Assembly: GCA_002167845.2 (NCBI GenBank)
Contig: NHBO02000064.1
Location: 80,910-144,909, forward strand
Length of the DNA stretch: 64,000 nt
Direction: 5' to 3'
Source: Phycisphaera sp. TMED9
GTDB taxonomy: Bacteria > Planctomycetota > Phycisphaerae > Phycisphaerales > SM1A02
The notes under the pieces are model-generated. The model made no database searches and had not been told where the DNA came from. It saw only the letters and a program-made list of their open reading frames with translations. The position numbers and the translations under genes were made by a program. Each line of letters opens with the position of its first letter. Position 1 is the first letter of the stretch. This document shows positions 1-9,255 of this stretch, piece by piece.

Positions 1-20
1 CCCGTTCCGCAAGCGGGGAC

Positions 21-2357
21 GTGCTCTCCTTGATCGAAGATGTGGAACGTCATCTCACGAGGATTCGGGACGTGCAGAGCCGGCAGGAGACCGAGTTCGA
101 GGATCTCGCCGAACGTCAACGAAAGGTCGATCTGGCGGAGAAGGAATTCGATGGCCGTCGTCGCGAGGTGGAGGAGGCTGCCACGGCTCTGGATGCCGCT
201 CGGGAGTCCATGAGCACGGAGCGTTCGGAGATCGACGGGCTTCGGTCCGATCTGGAAGGCCGGGAGTCACGATTCTCCGAAGAATGCGCGACGTTCGAGC
301 GATCGAAACAGGAATTTGAAACCGCCGGCGCCGAGATGGCGACGGAGCGTGCGGCGTTGGAGTCGAGAGACGCAGAGATCGCGGAGCGTGAACGAACCAT
401 CACCGAAGAGCGACAGGCGCTGGACGCGCTCCGTGACGAGATCGAGGCTCGGGAAAACGCCTTTGCAGATCGTTCGGCGGCGGCGGATGCCGCTCTCGCA
501 AGCGTCGGCGAGTTGGAAGCGGAAGTCGGCCGGTTGTCGGAGTCCGTGGAGACCCAGGCCGCAGCCCACCGGGAGGCGATGAGCACCGCCGAAGAGACCA
601 CCGGCCGCCATCGCACGGCCTTGGAATCGGTCGGCGCCGACCTGGAGTCCGCACAGGCGGAGCTCGAGGCGGCCCGCAACGCCCACGAGTCGTCCTGCAG
701 TGAGCTGGACTCCCTTCGAAGCCGGACGGCCGCCGCCGAAGACGAGAAGTCGCAACTGCAGCAGGCGATGTCGTCGCTCGAAGAGCGATGTACCGAACTC
801 GACGAAGCTGCCGGTCGGAGCGTGGAACTCGAATCGGAACTCGAAGAAGCGAATGAAAAGGTCACGGCGCTTGAATCGACGATCGAGGAGGATCAGCGAC
901 AGCTCGAACTGGCCGGTGAGAAACTCACCGAACTCGCCAAGGCGATCTCCGAGCAGGCTCCCCGATTGGAACGTGGGACCGCAGCCATCGCGTTGATGTC
1001 GCAGCACCAGGAGACCATCGCGAAACTCGAGGCGAGACTGGCCGAGGACGGAACCGATGCCGCCAACGCGGTCGCGAAGGTTCGAGATACCTTTGAAGCG
1101 AGAATCGCCGAGCTGGAGTCGGCATTGGCGCACGCCTCCGCCCAGGGGGCGGATCCCGCAGCGCTCGAAGCGGCGCTCACCGCGGCGCGAGGCCCTCTCG
1201 AAGCCCGGATCCACGAACTGGAGTCCGGTGGCGGGCTGGATGCTTCCGCGGTGGAGGCTGCGGTCGAGGAAGCGACCACGCCGCTGCTCGCCGAGATCGA
1301 GCGACTTCATCAAGACGCGGAATCGAATGATGGTCCGTCGGTCCCGCGGGATCGATATGACTCGGTGAAGGAGCGATGCCGTCGGGCGGAACGTCGAAGC
1401 GACGAACTGGAAACGGCACTCTCGATGACCAATGACAAGGGACAGGCTCAGGAGATGGCCAAGCGTCTTCGTGCGAAGGCTGAACGGGTCGGAGAGGCCG
1501 CTCGTCATCTGGAGTTGCGAAAGAACCGCTTGCTCGCGGTTCGCAAGGCGATTCGGGCGAGAGGTGGGGATGCGGGTTCGACCCCGGCGTTCCAGGAACT
1601 GCAGCGATTGGAAGCTCAACGCAAGGAGCTGTCGCAGGTGCGCGAGTTCCTTTCTCGAAGCGAGCAGCAGATGATTCGACGTTGGGCTCGACCTCGATCC
1701 GCGGCGATCGTCGGGTGGGTGATGATCCTGGCGGTGTTGTGTTCGGTCGGAAGCTGGTTCGGTGTCCAGGAGATGGTCCCCATCGCCGGAGCGGCAAGCG
1801 TGGAGATTCGCGCCACGCCTCGGGATGGCAAACCGCTCTCCGGGTCCAAGGCTGAATCATGGGCGGAGTGGCATGAAGCGCTCGCGACGGATCCGGCATT
1901 CGTACAGGTCGTGTCGAAGCGGCTCGCGGCCCGTGGCATCGCGCCGTCGGGTGGCGAGCCTGCCGTCGCGACGATGCTGGTTGATGATCTGAGCTTCGAA
2001 TCCGACGGGCCCGGACGACTTCGACTCGTGCTCTCCGGCATGGACCGACGTCTGCTCGCGCCCACGCTCGATGCGGTGGCGACGACCATGGCTTCCGAAT
2101 CGGCGCGCCAGGCACCCCGTCGCGACGACGGCGCACGGGCCTCCTTGAGCGGCGAACAGACCGCCAATCCCGACGGTGGCTACGCGACGCTGATCGACGG
2201 CGCGATCTCGCCCGACGTGCTCACCTTCACCGGACTGATCGCCGGCGGAGCCCTCGTCATGTCGCTGTTGATGATCGGTCTCGTCTACCTCGCGCTGGCT
2301 CGGGCGAAGCGGGTCTTCGAGGAATCCGAATCCGGCGGCGGCGAATTCGCCACGTGA
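21..2357 (+). CDS. Long coiled-coil (SMC/myosin-like composition) protein with two C-terminal transmembrane segments; unknown function
   Basis: 778-aa ORF. About 550 aa of Glu/Ala/Arg-rich heptad sequence, then hydrophobic AAIVGWVMILAVLCSVGSWFGV, a ~150-aa soluble domain and a second TM (FTGLIAGGALVMSLLMIGLVYLAL). No Walker A motif. The start may lie upstream of the window. Confidence 0.75.
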   Translation: MLSLIEDVERHLTRIRDVQSRQETEFEDLAERQRKVDLAEKEFDGRRREVEEAATALDAARESMSTERSEIDGLRSDLEGRESRFSEECATFERSKQEFETAGAEMATERAALESRDAEIAERERTITEERQALDALRDEIEARENAFADRSAAADAALASVGELEAEVGRLSESVETQAAAHREAMSTAEETTGRHRTALESVGADLESAQAELEAARNAHESSCSELDSLRSRTAAAEDEKSQLQQAMSSLEERCTELDEAAGRSVELESELEEANEKVTALESTIEEDQRQLELAGEKLTELAKAISEQAPRLERGTAAIALMSQHQETIAKLEARLAEDGTDAANAVAKVRDTFEARIAELESALAHASAQGADPAALEAALTAARGPLEARIHELESGGGLDASAVEAAVEEATTPLLAEIERLHQDAESNDGPSVPRDRYDSVKERCRRAERRSDELETALSMTNDKGQAQEMAKRLRAKAERVGEAARHLELRKNRLLAVRKAIRARGGDAGSTPAFQELQRLEAQRKELSQVREFLSRSEQQMIRRWARPRSAAIVGWVMILAVLCSVGSWFGVQEMVPIAGAASVEIRATPRDGKPLSGSKAESWAEWHEALATDPAFVQVVSKRLAARGIAPSGGEPAVATMLVDDLSFESDGPGRLRLVLSGMDRRLLAPTLDAVATTMASESARQAPRRDDGARASLSGEQTANPDGGYATLIDGAISPDVLTFTGLIAGGALVMSLLMIGLVYLALARAKRVFEESESGGGEFAT

Positions 2358-2560
2358 TGGGGGATTCGATCCGGGGAGCAGGTCCGAGAATTCGATTTTC
2401 AACGACCCGGTGATGGGGGGCCGGCAATGGATGCATGGGGTGATCACCGCCCTTCGTCGCTTCCTTTGCGAAGGTCGCGAAAGTCGGGTCTTCCAGCCGT
2501 CGATGACTTCTACAGAGGGTGGCCGAAAGTCGTGCCGAGCACCCTCGGAAGGACCTCTTC

Positions 2561-2812
2561 ATGCATCGAATCGATATTCCCAAGGGCTGGCGGCTGGTTG
2601 ACGAGCGGGACTCGGGTGAACTCCCGGTCTTGAAGTCCGAGTCCGTCGACTCGATTCCCTTTCCGCCACTGGATATCGATTCATCCGGGATCGACGTGGA
2701 AGAGGTGCTTCGAGCGGCCGACGAGGCCTCTCGCCGCATGGAAGTGCTGGCTCGCGAACTCGACTGCCTCGGGCTCTTTGACCAGGGCGATGACGGTCCA
2801 AGAGCGGCGTGA
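2561..2812 (+). CDS. Small acidic hypothetical protein
   Basis: ATG at 2561 preceded by AAGGA. 83-aa protein-like sequence (MHRIDIPKGW...LARELDCLGLF) filling the gap between two genes. Confidence 0.55.
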   Translation: MHRIDIPKGWRLVDERDSGELPVLKSESVDSIPFPPLDIDSSGIDVEEVLRAADEASRRMEVLARELDCLGLFDQGDDGPRAA

Positions 2813-2952
2813 CGCTGGCCACAGGCCGCCAAATCAGGAAACCGCGGCGAATCCGACGGTTCAGATCGACATTCCGCCGTCCGGTCGTAAAATCGATCGG
2901 GCGGTGTCTCTTTCTGGGGGCCGTCCCAAGACACTTATCGGAGCAGCCAAGT

Positions 2953-3017
2953 TGCGAGACGGCATCATGCGAGACGGCATCAGTAGTTCAGTGAGATGCA
3001 GTAGTTCAGTGAGATGC
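2953..3017. repeat. Two adjacent perfect tandem duplications (15 bp x2 and 18 bp x2)
   Basis: TGCGAGACGGCATCA at 2953 and 2968; CAGTAGTTCAGTGAGATG at 2981 and 2999. Confidence 0.9.
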
Positions 3018-4916
3018 GTCGGGCTGCGGTCCGACCGCGGATCGATCTTCGGCCTGGGGGGCGAGGCATCCATTTCCGCGGCATTCGGTCCTCTCCTTCT
3101 CCTTCTGGTTTCGGTCCTGCTCACCGCCTCGGCGTCGGCGCAGGTGCGGGTGATGAACTGGAACGTCGCTCGGTTGAATGGTGATCCGGTCGCGATCGAG
3201 GATGTCTTCGCCGCGGCGGCCGCCGATGACCAGCCCGGTTTCACGACGGCCCCGGCGATCGTGGTGCTGCAGGAAGTGACCGCCTCATCGAGACCCGTGA
3301 TCGAGAACATCATTCAGGATGCGATTCCCGGCGTCGAATACGCTTCCGCGACCTTCACGGTGGAGAGTTCTGAAAACGGCTCGGGTGGAGCGCAGATGCT
3401 CCTCTACCGGACGGATCTCTTCGAGGAGATCGAGAGCGGGCACCGCGACATCGCGACGGGAGCCGGTCGAAATACCGATCGCTGGCAATTGCGATTGAAC
3501 GCCTCGGACGACGATGCGGGGATCATCTGGGTGTACGGCAGTCACCTCAAGGCGAGCAACTCGTCATCCGACGCGGAGATCCGTCGGCAGGGAGCGGTGG
3601 CCATCCGGAACGACGCCGATTCACTCCCCAATGGTTCGAACATCATCTACGCCGGTGACTTCAACCTGTACAGCAACAACGAGCCGGCCTACGCGGAGTT
3701 CCTGTCGTCCGGCAGCGGACAAGCGAACGACCCCTACGGAACGGGTGGTTGGGGTGGAAGCGGAAATGCGATCAAGCACACGCAGAGCCCCCGATTGAGC
3801 GGGGGAGCGCTCGTGGGCGGCGGCATGGACGACCGTTTCGACTTTCAGTTGTTCACGGATGCGTTGATCGACGGCAATGGTTTCTCGCTCATGTCCGAGA
3901 CGTGTCGGTCGTTGGGCAACGATGGGAATCACTACAACATCGCCATCAACACCGGGACGAACTCGTACTACCCATCGCAGATATCCCGCTCGAATTCGCT
4001 CGCCGATGCGCTCTTCGACGCCAGCGATCACATCCCCGTGTTGACGGATCTGCAGATCCCGGGACTCCTGTCCTGCGTGCTCGACGGCTCACTCGGCCGG
4101 GTGGTGAGCGGGGGAAGTGATTCGGTCGCGTTGCTGGTCGCCAATGCTCGCGCGGTCGCCACACCCGATGCTTCGGCGCCGCTCGAGTACGTCGCCAAGG
4201 GTGACGGAATTCTGATCGGCGGCGGATCGGGACTCGCACCGCTGCTGCCGAGTTTCGACTCGCAGATCTTCTCCCTTGCCGAAGGCATGACCGGAGAATT
4301 CGAGGCCGTCATCGAGGTCGACGCGACCAGCGCTGGCGTGTCGCAGCCTTCATACGAACTTCAGACCTCGGGATTCGCGATCCGACCGGCGGTTCCTTCC
4401 TGGAGTGGCGACTCGCTGGTCGTCGAACGGGTCGCCGAGGCCGAAGCATCCGGAGATTCCGGCGTCATCTTCATCGACGTCCCGGTGTTCAATCTGGGTT
4501 GGGATGCCTTGCAGTCGAGCCTTGATCTCGACGCGGCGAGCGGCCTGGCGAACGGGTTCTTCATCTGGGAGGGCCTCGGAAGCGTGGTCGACGCCAGGGC
4601 CGGAACCCTCCGATTCGGTTTCAACACCGGTGGTGCCGCTGATGGCCAGCACGTCGCCGACGTCACCATTCAATCGACGGATGAAGACGTTCCCGGGGAA
4701 ACGACCCACTATCTCACGATCCAGCTGCAGGTCACGATCGGAGACGACGACGTGGTTCCCGGAGACTTCAACGGCGATGGATTCGTGAACGGTGCCGATC
4801 TGGGGCTGCTGCTCGGGGCCTGGGGTCGGTGTGCGGGCTGTCCGCAGGACCTCAATGAGGATGGATTCGTGAATGGCGCCGATCTGGGACTGCTGCTCGG
4901 ATACTGGACCGGTTGA
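2967..4916 (+). CDS. Secreted endonuclease/exonuclease/phosphatase (EEP) family protein with C-terminal dockerin-like domain
   Basis: Signal peptide ending ASA-Q. EEP motifs VMNWNV, LQEV, SHLKA, AGDFN, RFDF, SDH. C-terminal GDFNGDGFVNGADLGLLL duplicated. Start uncertain (ORF open from 2778). Confidence 0.85.
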   Translation: MRDGISSSVRCSSSVRCVGLRSDRGSIFGLGGEASISAAFGPLLLLLVSVLLTASASAQVRVMNWNVARLNGDPVAIEDVFAAAAADDQPGFTTAPAIVVLQEVTASSRPVIENIIQDAIPGVEYASATFTVESSENGSGGAQMLLYRTDLFEEIESGHRDIATGAGRNTDRWQLRLNASDDDAGIIWVYGSHLKASNSSSDAEIRRQGAVAIRNDADSLPNGSNIIYAGDFNLYSNNEPAYAEFLSSGSGQANDPYGTGGWGGSGNAIKHTQSPRLSGGALVGGGMDDRFDFQLFTDALIDGNGFSLMSETCRSLGNDGNHYNIAINTGTNSYYPSQISRSNSLADALFDASDHIPVLTDLQIPGLLSCVLDGSLGRVVSGGSDSVALLVANARAVATPDASAPLEYVAKGDGILIGGGSGLAPLLPSFDSQIFSLAEGMTGEFEAVIEVDATSAGVSQPSYELQTSGFAIRPAVPSWSGDSLVVERVAEAEASGDSGVIFIDVPVFNLGWDALQSSLDLDAASGLANGFFIWEGLGSVVDARAGTLRFGFNTGGAADGQHVADVTIQSTDEDVPGETTHYLTIQLQVTIGDDDVVPGDFNGDGFVNGADLGLLLGAWGRCAGCPQDLNEDGFVNGADLGLLLGYWTG

Positions 4917-5050
4917 GTCCGGGAACCAAAAACAGGAATTTCGGAACCCGAATCGTGCCGATTCTCGAATACTTGCGGACGCGAACGTCCGGGGGTTGTA
5001 ATTTGAAGTATCCGCCGACCCGGCTGCCTTTTTCTTTCCGGAGTGTTCTC

Positions 5051-5914
5051 GTGTTCAAGAACTCAATCACGACCTCATTGCTCGTCGCCGCCCTCTCCTT
5101 CCATCTGGCCGGGGCCACGATCGCCGACGAGTTGGTGGTCGTCGCCGATCGCGACAACACCCTCTTCCAGTCGGATTCCGGAGGGCTCTCCTCCGGCTCG
5201 GGGCAGCATCTCTATGCCGGGCGAGTGAACTTCGCGGAGAACGACAACTGGGAACGGCGAGCGATCCTCCACTTCGATGTTTCAAGCATTCCGGAGGGTT
5301 CGAACATTCTCGAGGTCACCATGCGAATGCAGGTCACCCGAACGCCCCCCCAGCCTCCGATCAATCTGCTCTTCGAGTTGCACGCATGCCTCGGCGAATG
5401 GGGTGAAGGCGGGTCCTCCTCGGGCGGAGGTGCCGGAGCGCCGTCTCAGGTGGGTGATGCGACCTGGTACCACACCGTCTATCCCAAAGTGAACTGGTCG
5501 AATCCGGGCGGTGACTTCACGGCGACGTCGAGCGGAACCACGATCGTCAATGAGAATGGTCCCTATGTGTTCTCTGGTGACGGATTGGCATCGGATGTCC
5601 AGAGATGGGTCGATGGCGAAGCCAATTTCGGTTGGGTCATGACCGCCGATGTCTCCGAGCTTCGGAGCGTTCGACAGATCGCCAGCCGTGAGAACGGAAA
5701 CGCATCGCAGCGTCCGACCCTCACCGTGATCTACGAAGAGGGATCCGACGACATTCCCGGTGACTTCAACGGGGACGGTCTCGTGAACGGGGCGGATGTC
5801 GGACTGCTGCTCGTGGCCTGGGGACCCTGCCCCGGATGTCCGGAGGATCTCGACGGCAACGGCATCGTCAACGGAGCGGACATCGGTCTGCTGCTGGTCA
5901 ACTGGACCGGCTGA
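5051..5914 (+). CDS. Secreted DNRLRE/CBM96-like domain protein with C-terminal dockerin-like domain
   Basis: Probable GTG start at 5051 with signal peptide. DNTL...RRAILHFDVSSIP, W-x-EG, WSNPGGDF, VQRW, RPTLTV patterns typical of DNRLRE-domain proteins. Duplicated GDFNGDG tail. Confidence 0.7.
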   Translation: MFKNSITTSLLVAALSFHLAGATIADELVVVADRDNTLFQSDSGGLSSGSGQHLYAGRVNFAENDNWERRAILHFDVSSIPEGSNILEVTMRMQVTRTPPQPPINLLFELHACLGEWGEGGSSSGGGAGAPSQVGDATWYHTVYPKVNWSNPGGDFTATSSGTTIVNENGPYVFSGDGLASDVQRWVDGEANFGWVMTADVSELRSVRQIASRENGNASQRPTLTVIYEEGSDDIPGDFNGDGLVNGADVGLLLVAWGPCPGCPEDLDGNGIVNGADIGLLLVNWTG

Positions 5915-6001
5915 GTTTCGTGATTTGATGGTGTGACGCCGTACCGGCCCGATATCCTTCGAAGAGGGGAATCTCCGGGGGATTCCACGTCACTGCAGGT
6001 G

Positions 6002-7099
6002 ATGACGACGGAGAACTTCGGAGCTCGCACCGTGCCGATCAACGCACGATCCCGGTTTCTGCATCCAGCCTTGACGATGATCATGATCATCGTCGTGCAG
6101 ATGATGCCGTCGGGCGTCGCCATCGCCGCTGAATCCGAATACGTCGATGCAGGACGCGGAAATGTCCGGGTGGTCCGTCCGTCGGATTTCGATCCTTCGG
6201 AGCCGCTGCCGCTCATCGTGCTTCTGCACGCCTTCGGCTACTCGGCTGAGTTCGAGGAGTCGTACCTTCAGCTCTCCGACCAGGTCGATTCGCAGCGGTT
6301 CATCCTCTGCCTTCCCAATGGTTCGCGGAATCTGACGCTTCAGCGATATTGGAACGCGACCGATGCCTGTTGCGACATCTTTGGACAGGGCCCCGACGAC
6401 TCGGGATATCTCCGAGGGCTCATCGACGTCATGTCGAGTGCCTATGAAGTCGACCCTCGACGCATTCATCTCGTGGGTCACTCCAATGGCGGCTTCATGG
6501 CGCATCGAATGATCTGTGACCACCCCGGCCTGTTCGCCGGGATCGCGACGCTGGCCAGCGCGACTTTCAATGATCCGAACGCTTGCGTCTTCGGGGAACC
6601 GGTGCACGTCCTTCAGGTTCATGGGACGAGCGACTTGGTGATCCTCTACGGCGGTGGCTGCCTGGTCGGCGGGTGTTACCCGTCCGCCGCTCAGACCCAG
6701 CGGTATGTCGCCGACGACAACGGATGTGGAAGAACTCCCGACGAGCCACCCGAACCGATCGACCTCATCTCGTCGATTCCGGGAGACGAGACGACGGTGA
6801 CGGTGTTCGCGGAATCGTGCGATCGAGGTGGGGCGGCCGAACTCTGGACCATCCCCGCGGTCGGGCACAATCCGCCTTTCGGCAACCGATTCTCGGAAGA
6901 GGTCGTCGCCTGGCTGCTGGCACGCCCCCGGCCACGAACCGATGGAGATTTGAACGGGGATGATCGGGTCGACTCTTCCGACGTCGGCCTGTTGCTCGCA
7001 GACTGGGGCCCCTGCGCTGGTTGTGACGCGGACTTCAACGGCGATGAGGTCGTCGATGGTTCCGACCTCGGGTGGATCAGCGTCAACTGGTCCCCCTGA
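6002..7099 (+). CDS. Secreted alpha/beta hydrolase (LpqC/PHB depolymerase-like esterase) with dockerin-like tail
   Basis: PLIVLLH, WNATDACC, GHSNGG nucleophile elbow, HGTSD acid, GH catalytic His. Tail GDLNGDDRVDSSDVGLLLADWG. Start uncertain (5933-6077). Confidence 0.85.
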   Translation: MTTENFGARTVPINARSRFLHPALTMIMIIVVQMMPSGVAIAAESEYVDAGRGNVRVVRPSDFDPSEPLPLIVLLHAFGYSAEFEESYLQLSDQVDSQRFILCLPNGSRNLTLQRYWNATDACCDIFGQGPDDSGYLRGLIDVMSSAYEVDPRRIHLVGHSNGGFMAHRMICDHPGLFAGIATLASATFNDPNACVFGEPVHVLQVHGTSDLVILYGGGCLVGGCYPSAAQTQRYVADDNGCGRTPDEPPEPIDLISSIPGDETTVTVFAESCDRGGAAELWTIPAVGHNPPFGNRFSEEVVAWLLARPRPRTDGDLNGDDRVDSSDVGLLLADWGPCAGCDADFNGDEVVDGSDLGWISVNWSP

Positions 7100-7324
7100 A
7101 TCTCCGCTCGAGCAGGTCCGTCGAGTATTCGTGACTCCGGATCCGAACGGACGGTGAAGTCAGGCCCCGAGTCGATGAATCTGATCGTTCTGCGCTGCTT
7201 CCTCCGACTTCTTTCGAAAAATCGAGACCAGCCTGGATCGAAGGGGAGCTGGGCGTCGTGGGATGACCCTCGGCGCGGCTTGCCGGCTGACCCGGCGATC
7301 GAGTTGGGATGTTCGGCCATGGAA

Positions 7325-7359
7325 TGAACGACGCCCGCCGGAAAGGCGGACGTCGTTCA
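7325..7359 (-). terminator. Hairpin immediately downstream of tRNA-Cys
   Basis: TGAACGACG-C-CCGCC GGAAA GGCGG-A-CGTCGTTCA inverted repeat. Confidence 0.6.
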
Positions 7360-7360
7360 A

Positions 7361-7434
7361 AGGCCGAGGTGGGATTCGAACCCACGAATCACGGATTTGC
7401 AATCCGTTCCCTTAGGCCACTTGGGTACTCGGCC
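7361..7434 (-). tRNA. tRNA-Cys (GCA)
   Basis: Reverse complement GGCCGAGTACCCAAGTGGCCTAAGGGAACGGATTGCAAATCCGTGATTCGTGGGTTCGAATCCCACCTCGGCCT folds as a cloverleaf with anticodon GCA, GTTCGAATC T-loop and U73 discriminator. CCA is not encoded. TATACT -10 lies 10 nt upstream. Confidence 0.97.
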
Positions 7435-7580
7435 GGGGCTCCAAAGTATATCGGATGAACATCGGCGGACCGCCGGTCGGAATCCCCGATTCGCCGCGAT
7501 TGATGAGGCGCTGCTCGCTCGGAGAGGCCGATTCGGCCCGCAGTCCATCCCGGACCCGCGATTCGTCGTAGCATCCGGAC

Positions 7581-8552
7581 ATGATCATGACTCGATTCCA
7601 CGTCTGGCTTTCACTGATCTGCGCGGCTGGTCTGGTTCCCACATCGGCGGCCTCGCAGGAATCGCCGACGAATTCGGAAACGCCCGGGGCTTCGGAGACC
7701 GCTCCAGCCTCACCACCACCCACCCGGCGAGTCGTCGTGCCGAGTGATGCGGGCGAGCTTCGCCGGGCGCCGCTGCTCCGCGAGGGCGGCTTTCTGGTCA
7801 AGGTCGAGGGCGAGATCGAGCGCAATGCGCGGCTCGGGGTGTACGTCTACTCGCCGCTCGCCACCGCGACCGGTGGGATCCGACGAGAGCTGATTCTCCT
7901 GCCGAGCCGCGGGCTCGATGACCTGGTACGTCTCGAGTCGGTGCAGTCGACGGCGACGCGGGGCAATCCGATCGCCGGGGTCTATGAAGTCACCGGAAAG
8001 GTGCTGGTGTTTCAAGGAAGGAACTTTCTGCTTCCCGAAGCGATCGTCCCACTGACCCGCATCGAGAGATCTTCCGACGAGAAGACCGATTCCTCATCGC
8101 AGGCAGTCGCGCAGGCCGATGCGGAGCCGACGACCGAGCCTGATTCCGAAGTCGATTCGGAAGAGCGCGACTATGCCGCCGAGATCGACGCGCGGCTTCA
8201 AGAGCGGATCGGCGCCGTGCCCCGGAGTCTCGACGTCCTGGCGGCACCGCCGGCCGAGACCGCATCACTTCGAGCGGGCACCCGCTTCGTCCAGCGCCGA
8301 GGCCAGGTGGTCCGCGATCCCGGAAGCGGCATCTGGCGATTCGTGCTCGAGGGCGACGGCCGAAAGGGCGATGCAGTCAGTCTCGACCTGCTGCCCTGCC
8401 TGGAGCTTGAACGACTCGTCCGTCGCACCAGGCAGGCGGGGGTGGGAAGGCCGGTTCTGCTCAGCGGCGTGGTCACGATCTTCCAGGGACGGAATTACCT
8501 GCTTCCCACGGCCGTTCAGCAGCCCATGGAAGGCCGGAGCATCGGCCCCTGA
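7581..8552 (+). CDS. Exported hypothetical protein with an internally duplicated domain
   Basis: Signal peptide. Two repeats ending in G-x-V-x-x-FQGRN(F/Y)LLP separated by an acidic linker. Confidence 0.75.
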   Translation: MIMTRFHVWLSLICAAGLVPTSAASQESPTNSETPGASETAPASPPPTRRVVVPSDAGELRRAPLLREGGFLVKVEGEIERNARLGVYVYSPLATATGGIRRELILLPSRGLDDLVRLESVQSTATRGNPIAGVYEVTGKVLVFQGRNFLLPEAIVPLTRIERSSDEKTDSSSQAVAQADAEPTTEPDSEVDSEERDYAAEIDARLQERIGAVPRSLDVLAAPPAETASLRAGTRFVQRRGQVVRDPGSGIWRFVLEGDGRKGDAVSLDLLPCLELERLVRRTRQAGVGRPVLLSGVVTIFQGRNYLLPTAVQQPMEGRSIGP

Positions 8553-8646
8553 GGCGACCCGGCGCCTCGAGCGGCGAATTCCGGAATCCCGAGGCTGCTA
8601 TCCTCTGCGGCTCGTCATTTCAAAACACTCGAATCAGGAGATCACC

Positions 8647-9150
8647 GTGGCCTACCCCCAGGCAACCATCGAAACCAACAAGGGCACCATCACCGTCGAA
8701 CTCTGGGACGACGTGGCACCCGGGCATGTCAAGAACATGCTCGACCTCGGCGCCGATGGTTTCTACGACGGCCTTGGTTTTCATCGCATCCTCGACAACT
8801 TCGTGATTCAGGGCGGCTGCCCGAACACCAAGGAAGGCGCCAACGGCATGCCCGGAACGGGCGGCCCCGGCTACAACGTCGATGCGGAATTCAACGACCG
8901 CAAGCACGAAGAAGGTGTTCTCTCGATGGCGCGTTCCGCCGATCCCAACAGCGCGGGGAGCCAGTTCTTCATCTGCCTGAGCCGCGGCGGCTGTCAGCAC
9001 CTCGACAACGAGTACACGGCCTTCGGCAAGGTCATCGACGGCATGGACGTGGTCGAAGCGATCGCGAACGTCGAGAAGGACCACAACGGCTTCCCGACCG
9101 GCGACATGCCCCGCATGACCGGTGGCATCAAGGCCGTCGCGAACGCCTGA
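8647..9150 (+). CDS. ppiB: Cyclophilin-type peptidyl-prolyl cis-trans isomerase (cytoplasmic)
   Basis: AGGAG RBS and GTG at 8647. FYDGLGFHRI, FVIQGG, LSMAR...NSAGSQFFI, YTAFGKV. Confidence 0.92.
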   Translation: MAYPQATIETNKGTITVELWDDVAPGHVKNMLDLGADGFYDGLGFHRILDNFVIQGGCPNTKEGANGMPGTGGPGYNVDAEFNDRKHEEGVLSMARSADPNSAGSQFFICLSRGGCQHLDNEYTAFGKVIDGMDVVEAIANVEKDHNGFPTGDMPRMTGGIKAVANA

Positions 9151-9198
9151 CCCACCAACCGTTCGATCGGGCCATCCGATCAACCGACACCCACGAAC

Positions 9199-9244
9199 CG
9201 CCCCTTCGAGCGCCCGCGCATTCGAAGGGGCGTTCTTCGTTTTG
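9199..9244 (+). terminator. Rho-independent terminator between convergent cyclophilin genes
   Basis: CGCCCCTTCGA (9199-9209) / TCGAAGGGGCG (9222-9232) stem followed by TTCTTCGTTTT. Confidence 0.7.
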
Positions 9245-9255
9245 CGGCGTTTCCG

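Noticed and set aside
2953..3017. Short direct repeats as a possible CRISPR array
   Set aside because: Adjacent tandem copies with no spacers and no cas genes.
4761..4916. Dockerin-like tails as evidence of a cellulosome
   Set aside because: No cohesin/scaffoldin or glycoside hydrolase genes in the window; the cargo domains are a nuclease, an esterase, a protease and a DNRLRE domain.
7100..7434. tRNA-Cys as a possible integration site for the secreted-enzyme cluster
   Set aside because: I found no integrase, no duplicated tRNA 3' end and no obvious compositional shift in the window.
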